From Geopsychrobacteraceae bacterium (GTDB lineage: Bacteria; Desulfobacterota; Desulfuromonadia; Desulfuromonadales; Geopsychrobacteraceae): DNA of 64,000 bases. The DNA is taken from NCBI GenBank assembly GCA_963662315.1, contig OY759353.1, positions 4,224,001-4,288,000 on the forward strand, written 5' to 3'. The position numbers were made by a program, and so were the translations under genes. Position 1 is the stretch's first letter. Every line of letters begins with the position of its first letter. Shown here piece after piece: positions 58,578-64,000 of this stretch. Under the pieces are notes generated by a model. That model did no database searches. It was not told the origin of the DNA and saw only the letters and a program-made list of their open reading frames with translations.

Positions 58578-60620
58578 TCAATCGTCACCGAACATTTTGC
58601 TCATATTACTGAAAAAGTTACTGGCGCTGATGGCTTGCTGTTCCGGGGAGCTTCCAAGCGCACGCGCTTTATTGGCAACCAGGAGTCGATCTGTCGGGAT
58701 TTCGGTGAGAAAACGGCTCGGTTCGCGTTGTTCGAGCTTGCCATATTTACGTCGGCGCCGAGCCCCCAACAGGACCAGCTGGCGTTGGGCGCGGGTGATG
58801 CCGACGTAGCAGAGGCGGCGTTCTTCATCAATATCAAAAGTTTCGTAGATCGACTTTTTATGGGGCAGAAAGCCTTCTTCCATTCCCACCAGGAAAACCA
58901 CCGGAAACTCAAGCCCTTTACTCGAATGCAGGCTCATCAGGGTGACAGCATCACTGTTGAGTTTGCTCTCCTTGTCGTTTTTTCCAGGACGGTCATCATC
59001 ATGGAGCGAAATCCGGTCCAGAAATCCGGACAGGCTGGGGAGGGGATCCACATCAACGTAATAGGCCATACTGTTGAGAATTTCTTCCTGATTCTCGACC
59101 CTTTTCCTGGCCACCGCCTGATCCTTTTCCTGGCGATAAATTTCTTCCGCCAGCTTGACCTCGGCTAGAAACTGTTTGAGAGTATCGACCAGAGGCAGCG
59201 ATTTACTGAACATGCGCCGATAGTTACGGATCAATTCGGTAAATGTAGCGATTGAGGCACAGGTCGCAGCATTGATGTCGCCTACGTCTTCGGGGTGGTG
59301 CAGCACCTTCCACAGGGAGATGTTGTGTTCGGCCGAATAACGGATCATACGGTCGATACTCGTTTCTCCGATCCCGCGCTTGGGATAATTGAGAATCCGC
59401 AGCAGATTGACCTCGTCGGTGGGGTTGAGGATGACCTTGAGGTAGGCGATCACGTCCTTGACCTCTTTGCGCTCGAAAAACTGCTGCCCGCCGATCAGGA
59501 CAAAGGGGATATTTTCATACAGCAGCTGTTCTTCAAAGGCGCGCGACTGGGTGTTGGTGCGGTACAGAATGGCGAAATCACCCAGCTGACAGGTGCCGCG
59601 GGCCATCTCGGTGTGAATCCTTTCCATGACCAGACGCGCTTCGTCTTCACTGTCTTCGCACAGCAGGTATTCCACCTGAGCTCCATCGCCGTCAGCAGTC
59701 CACAACGATTTTTCACAGCGTTTGCGGTTTTGTCTGATCACGGCATTGGCGCAGGCCAGGATGTTGCCGCTGGAACGGTAATTCTGTTCCAGCTTGATAA
59801 CTTTTGTGCCGGGGAAGTCCTGTTCGAAGCCAAGGATATTGCTGACATCGGCACCGCGGAAGGCATAGATTGATTGGTCGTCATCGCCAACCACACACAG
59901 ATTATGATGCCCTCCGGCGAGCAGTTGCAGCAAACGGTACTGGACCGGGTTGGTATCCTGATATTCATCAACCATCTGGTAGCGGAACAGTTTGCGGTAA
60001 TGGTCGAGCAGATCCGGGTTTTCTTCCAACACGCGGACTCCGAAGACCAGCAGATCATCAAAATCGACGGCGTTAAAGGCTTTCAGCGCTTTCTGATAAC
60101 GCGGATAAATATGGGCTGTGACCAGGGAAAAGGGGTCGCGTTCGTTGCCCTGGTACTGCTCAGGTAGCAGACACTGGTTCTTGGCCGCGCTGATACGCCA
60201 CAGCACCTGGTCGGCATCTTTGCTGGAAGTTTCATGGGACAGTTCGCGCAGCAGGTCACGGATCAGACGCTGTTGATCAGCGGCCGGGTAAATGGAAAAA
60301 TTCTTTTTGAAGCCAAGACGGTCGATGTGGCTCTTTAAGAGCCTGACACACAGAGCATGAAAGGTGGCGACGATCATCCCTTTGCAGGCCTTCTTGCCGA
60401 TCATCTCCTCGACCCGTTCGCGCATTTCCCGGGCTGCCTTGTTGGTAAAGGTGACCGCCAGAATCTGAGTAGCTGGAACACCGGATTCCAAAAGGTGCAC
60501 GATACGACAGGTAATGACCCGGGTTTTTCCGGAGCCGGCACCGGCGAGCAACAGCAAGGGGCCGTCACGGTGAATGACGGCGGCTTGTTGTTGGGGGTTC
60601 AGACTGTTGAGATCAAACAT
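58578..60620 (-). CDS. Rep/UvrD/PcrA-family ATP-dependent DNA helicase
   Basis: AGAGSGKT, TFTNKAA, DEYQDTN, GDDDQSIY, QNYRS, H.SKGLEF, EERRL.YVGITRA. Confidence 0.95.
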   Translation of the reverse strand: MFDLNSLNPQQQAAVIHRDGPLLLLAGAGSGKTRVITCRIVHLLESGVPATQILAVTFTNKAAREMRERVEEMIGKKACKGMIVATFHALCVRLLKSHIDRLGFKKNFSIYPAADQQRLIRDLLRELSHETSSKDADQVLWRISAAKNQCLLPEQYQGNERDPFSLVTAHIYPRYQKALKAFNAVDFDDLLVFGVRVLEENPDLLDHYRKLFRYQMVDEYQDTNPVQYRLLQLLAGGHHNLCVVGDDDQSIYAFRGADVSNILGFEQDFPGTKVIKLEQNYRSSGNILACANAVIRQNRKRCEKSLWTADGDGAQVEYLLCEDSEDEARLVMERIHTEMARGTCQLGDFAILYRTNTQSRAFEEQLLYENIPFVLIGGQQFFERKEVKDVIAYLKVILNPTDEVNLLRILNYPKRGIGETSIDRMIRYSAEHNISLWKVLHHPEDVGDINAATCASIATFTELIRNYRRMFSKSLPLVDTLKQFLAEVKLAEEIYRQEKDQAVARKRVENQEEILNSMAYYVDVDPLPSLSGFLDRISLHDDDRPGKNDKESKLNSDAVTLMSLHSSKGLEFPVVFLVGMEEGFLPHKKSIYETFDIDEERRLCYVGITRAQRQLVLLGARRRRKYGKLEQREPSRFLTEIPTDRLLVANKARALGSSPEQQAISASNFFSNMSKMFGDD

Positions 60621-60892
60621 AGAAACGAACTATAAAATCGGAAAAAATAAACAGAATCGCGTCAAGAAATATAAGGGTCTGAAACATAGCACGGATGACC
60701 CCTGGTGTAAAATTGATTGCAACCTCGGCAAGGTAAATGGTTTTGATTCTCTCAATAAGTCCAATAAGGGACTGATCGCTTTTAAGGTATTGATTCGCCT
60801 GAACTTTGTTTGTGTTAGCGATTGAAAAATATCTATTTCCCGCTACAATTAAGCGGCCAGCTTGCTACTTCCCTTCTCCTGTCAGGTGCATA

Positions 60893-63010
60893 ATGCTCAA
60901 TAAGCTATTTATAAAAATCATTATCACCTGCCTCCTGATCATTGGTCTTGATGGTTTTTTTCAGTATGAAATATATAGCCTGCATAAAAGCCAGTTGTTG
61001 TTGGAAACATCTTATCAGGTCGCCAAAATACGCACAGTTATTGAAGAGCAGCTGATTAGCAACATTCTTCTGACCAAGAGTGCAGCAAGTTTTGTCGCTA
61101 TTGATCCTGCTTACATTACCCGGGAGCGGTTTGAAAGATATGTTGAACCTATTATTAACGAATCAAGATCGATAAGAAACATCGGTCTGGCGGAAGAATA
61201 TACGGTGACTTATGTTTATCCTCAAAAAGGAAACGAAAAGGTTATTGGTCTTGATTACCGGAACCTGCCAAATCAGTTTCAGAATATTGAGAGGGCTGCC
61301 AACAGTGGCAATATGATTATCGACGGTCCTTTAGAATTGGTGCAGGGGGGAATGGGAATCATCGGTAGGGCTCCCATTATGGTTACTGATAGGCATCAAC
61401 AGAAACATTACTGGGGACTGGTCTCAACGGTGATCGATGTTGAGCAGCTCCTTTCGGAGGTTGCTTTCCATAAGGAGTCTTTGAAAATTGCGCTTCGCAA
61501 CAGAAACGACGATCTGGTTTTCTGGGGCGCTGCAAATGATTTTGTCAAAACGGATTTTTCTGTTTTTATGCCGATCTCATTTCCCGGCGGACAATGGGAT
61601 ATCGTTGGTCTGCCCAGGTTGATTCCGAAATCACACCTGGATCTTCCTCTGGCAAAACCGATCCATTTTTTCCTGTTTGTGCTTTTCTTATTGTTGTGTG
61701 TTGGTCATTACCGTTCCCATAAACGAAATCTGATCATATCCGAAGCTCAGGAAAATCTCAGGCAGGCCCAGAGTATTGCTTGCCTTGGAAACTGGACGCT
61801 CGAACTGCTTTCCAACCGGGTCTGGTGGTCGCGGGAGTGTTTCAGGATTTTCGGCCTGAATCCCCAGTCGGAAGCTCCTTCCATGGATGAGATCGTCAAG
61901 ATGTTTCACCCCGATGAGACTGAACTGATTATGGCAAAATTTAAAAACAGTGAACAAACCGGGGCTCCCTACGCTATTGATCATCGCATTATTTTACCCA
62001 GTGGTCAGGTTCGTTATGTTCAGGCTCGTGGTCACGTTCATTACAGTCGGGCAGGAAAACCCGAATACCTGCATGGCACGGTTCTCGATATTACGGAACG
62101 TAAGGAAATTGAGGAGACACTTAAGGCCCGTGAAGAAATGATGCGGGCCATGGCGGAAGCTTCGCTGGATGCGTTTGTCACCCTTGATAAGAATGATCGT
62201 ATTCTGTTCTGGAGTCCTGCTGCTGAAAGAATGTTTGGCTGGACAAACGCTGAAGCAATGGGGCAGAAATTACACCAGTTTATTGTCCCAGAGCGGTTTC
62301 GGGAGCGAGCATATAAAGGGTTGGAAAAATTTTATCGGACCGGGAGCGGACCCTTTATCGGCTTCCCTCAGGAAGTCCTTGCCGTGCGTAAGGACGGGGG
62401 TGAATTTCCGGTTGATTTGTCTGTTGCCCCGTTTAAGCTCGGTGACGACTTTTATGCTCAAGGCAGTATTCGCGATGCGACGAAGCGCAAAGAAAATGAG
62501 CAGTGGTTGACCTTCCTGGCGAATACTGATGAATTGACCGGGCTTAAGAACAGGCGCTTTTTCTTTGAAAGCAGTGAGGAAGAAATCAAACGCAGCAATC
62601 GATACAATATGCCTGTGTCTGTGATGATCCTGGATATTGATCGTTTTAAATCGATCAATGATACCTATGGCCATGGTATCGGCGACTTGGTCCTGAAACA
62701 GTTGGCTAAGACCCTTAAAGATACACTACGCGAGCAGGATCTGCCCTGCCGCCATGGTGGGGAGGAGTTTACCGTATTATTGCCCCAGACGGATAGCCAG
62801 GCCGCGCTGGATGTCGCCGATCGGTTACGGAAACGCATTGAGGATACTTCGCTGGAATTAGAGGATGGACGTATTATCAGTTTCACGGTCAGCCTCGGTG
62901 TTGCCCAGCTTTCGGAAAATCTTTCTTCTCTGGGGCAGATTTTAAGTGCTGCCGATCAGGCACTCTATCAGGCCAAAAGTTCAGGACGTAATAAGGTTGT
63001 GGTGGCGTGA
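60893..63010 (+). CDS. Diguanylate cyclase (CHASE, two PAS, GGEEF)
   Basis: GPLELVQGG CHASE motif, PAS domains, REQD I-site, GGEEF. Confidence 0.92.
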   Translation: MLNKLFIKIIITCLLIIGLDGFFQYEIYSLHKSQLLLETSYQVAKIRTVIEEQLISNILLTKSAASFVAIDPAYITRERFERYVEPIINESRSIRNIGLAEEYTVTYVYPQKGNEKVIGLDYRNLPNQFQNIERAANSGNMIIDGPLELVQGGMGIIGRAPIMVTDRHQQKHYWGLVSTVIDVEQLLSEVAFHKESLKIALRNRNDDLVFWGAANDFVKTDFSVFMPISFPGGQWDIVGLPRLIPKSHLDLPLAKPIHFFLFVLFLLLCVGHYRSHKRNLIISEAQENLRQAQSIACLGNWTLELLSNRVWWSRECFRIFGLNPQSEAPSMDEIVKMFHPDETELIMAKFKNSEQTGAPYAIDHRIILPSGQVRYVQARGHVHYSRAGKPEYLHGTVLDITERKEIEETLKAREEMMRAMAEASLDAFVTLDKNDRILFWSPAAERMFGWTNAEAMGQKLHQFIVPERFRERAYKGLEKFYRTGSGPFIGFPQEVLAVRKDGGEFPVDLSVAPFKLGDDFYAQGSIRDATKRKENEQWLTFLANTDELTGLKNRRFFFESSEEEIKRSNRYNMPVSVMILDIDRFKSINDTYGHGIGDLVLKQLAKTLKDTLREQDLPCRHGGEEFTVLLPQTDSQAALDVADRLRKRIEDTSLELEDGRIISFTVSLGVAQLSENLSSLGQILSAADQALYQAKSSGRNKVVVA

Positions 63011-63130
63011 TTTCCTCTGCTCACCAGATGTGAAGGGATTAAAAAAAGCAAGATATTGAAACACGTTGATGTTACGGCATGATGCAACGCGATCAATCCA
63101 GATTCTGACACCGCTGCTCACGGAGGGAAT

Positions 63131-63943
63131 ATGGCTTTTGTGAAGTGTAAACATTGTAACAATCATTACTTTGAAAGTAACGTGTCCTGCCCCTTTTGCT
63201 CCCCTTCCGTTACCGCGTGCTCATCTGCCTCCACAGTGGCTGCTGCATCAACGGCCTGTTTCGATTTGGACAGAACGGATCTTTCGGCTCTGCAGAAGAA
63301 AATGGTTCTGCAAGCCACCGCCACGGCCCAGAAAAAAGGAAGTCCGCCCAAAAGGAACAAGGCAAAAACATATGTTCATGATGGTTTTCAATGGTCCCTT
63401 TATGATCAATGGATAGCGGTTTTTGCTGACAGCTCGGGGCTTGAGCAATGGCCTGCTGCTTATGAGCTGTATCGGTTTGAAGAACAATTCCACAGAAAAA
63501 CCACAGCTGAAATTCTGCCTCATCTGACCCGCAAACAGCTAAGGAATCTCTGTGATCAGGAGAACTGCTCCTGGTCGAGGCTGGCGACCAAAAAGCAACT
63601 GGTCCGCGGTATGGGTTATTCTTCTGCTTACCGAAGGATAAGGACTTCGGCTTTGGAACTGTTGCATGAAGAACTGATCCAAAAGGTGATCAGAGAAAGA
63701 AAGGAACTGTTTTCCGCCTGGCTATATTTCGGGACCTCCCTTAAAGAGAAATTAGCCGACTGGAAGGAGTTTCGGGTTGAGCGGGTTGCCATCAGTCCCG
63801 CGGCTGATTCATGTGTCCACTGTAAAAAACTCAAAGGGAGAGAGGTCGCAATTGACCAGGTTTTACCTCTGTTGCTGCAACACCACCCCGGTTGCCGTTG
63901 CGATATCGTTTTGGCTCAGAGTGAATTCAGCCGAGGATTTTAG
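63131..63943 (+). CDS. Hypothetical protein with N-terminal zinc ribbon and C-terminal MuF-like Cys/His motif
   Basis: CKHC...CPFC; C-terminal CVHC...HPGCRC. Confidence 0.65.
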   Translation: MAFVKCKHCNNHYFESNVSCPFCSPSVTACSSASTVAAASTACFDLDRTDLSALQKKMVLQATATAQKKGSPPKRNKAKTYVHDGFQWSLYDQWIAVFADSSGLEQWPAAYELYRFEEQFHRKTTAEILPHLTRKQLRNLCDQENCSWSRLATKKQLVRGMGYSSAYRRIRTSALELLHEELIQKVIRERKELFSAWLYFGTSLKEKLADWKEFRVERVAISPAADSCVHCKKLKGREVAIDQVLPLLLQHHPGCRCDIVLAQSEFSRGF

Positions 63944-64000
63944 CAGACTGTCCTTCAATTGCGGGTGAAGACCTGCTTTATCGCCAGAGCCGCCTGATTT

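Noticed and set aside
57436..60620. Nucleoid protein plus helicase as an anti-phage system (Gabija/Kiwa-like)
   Set aside because: Genes are convergent with a terminator between them; the helicase looks like housekeeping Rep/UvrD and no nuclease partner is present

Overview
64-kb bacterial chromosomal window. Gene content (sigma54 activator, PAS/GGDEF and hybrid kinase signalling, M18 peptidase, DUF169) fits a Desulfuromonadales-like deltaproteobacterium; this is inferred. The backbone has a 5'-nucleotidase, a tannase/MHETase-family esterase, an AcoR-like activator with aldehyde dehydrogenase, an IclR/tripartite tricarboxylate transporter/aroD locus, an RND pump fused to its outer-membrane factor, two diguanylate cyclases and a Rep/UvrD helicase. 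The unusual part is a non-coding mobile layer. (1) A ~450-bp structured, mosaic repeat with compensatory base changes occurs in tandem at 5.4, 17.9-19.5 and 46.1-47.0 kb, plus a divergent fragment near base 60. (2) Integron cassette arrays with clear attC sites but no intI in the window occur at 6.2-8.7 and 19.7-23.2 kb. Their terminal cassettes all stop at the R'' AAC and run into the same ACTTATCAGGCCCCC tail instead of an attC. (3) A truncated group IIC-attC intron is fused to the long repeat. (4) An IS4 has a target duplication apparently split by a later cassette insertion. (5) There is also an intact IS1380 and a RAYT remnant with REP-like hairpins. No CRISPR, rRNA or tRNA was seen.
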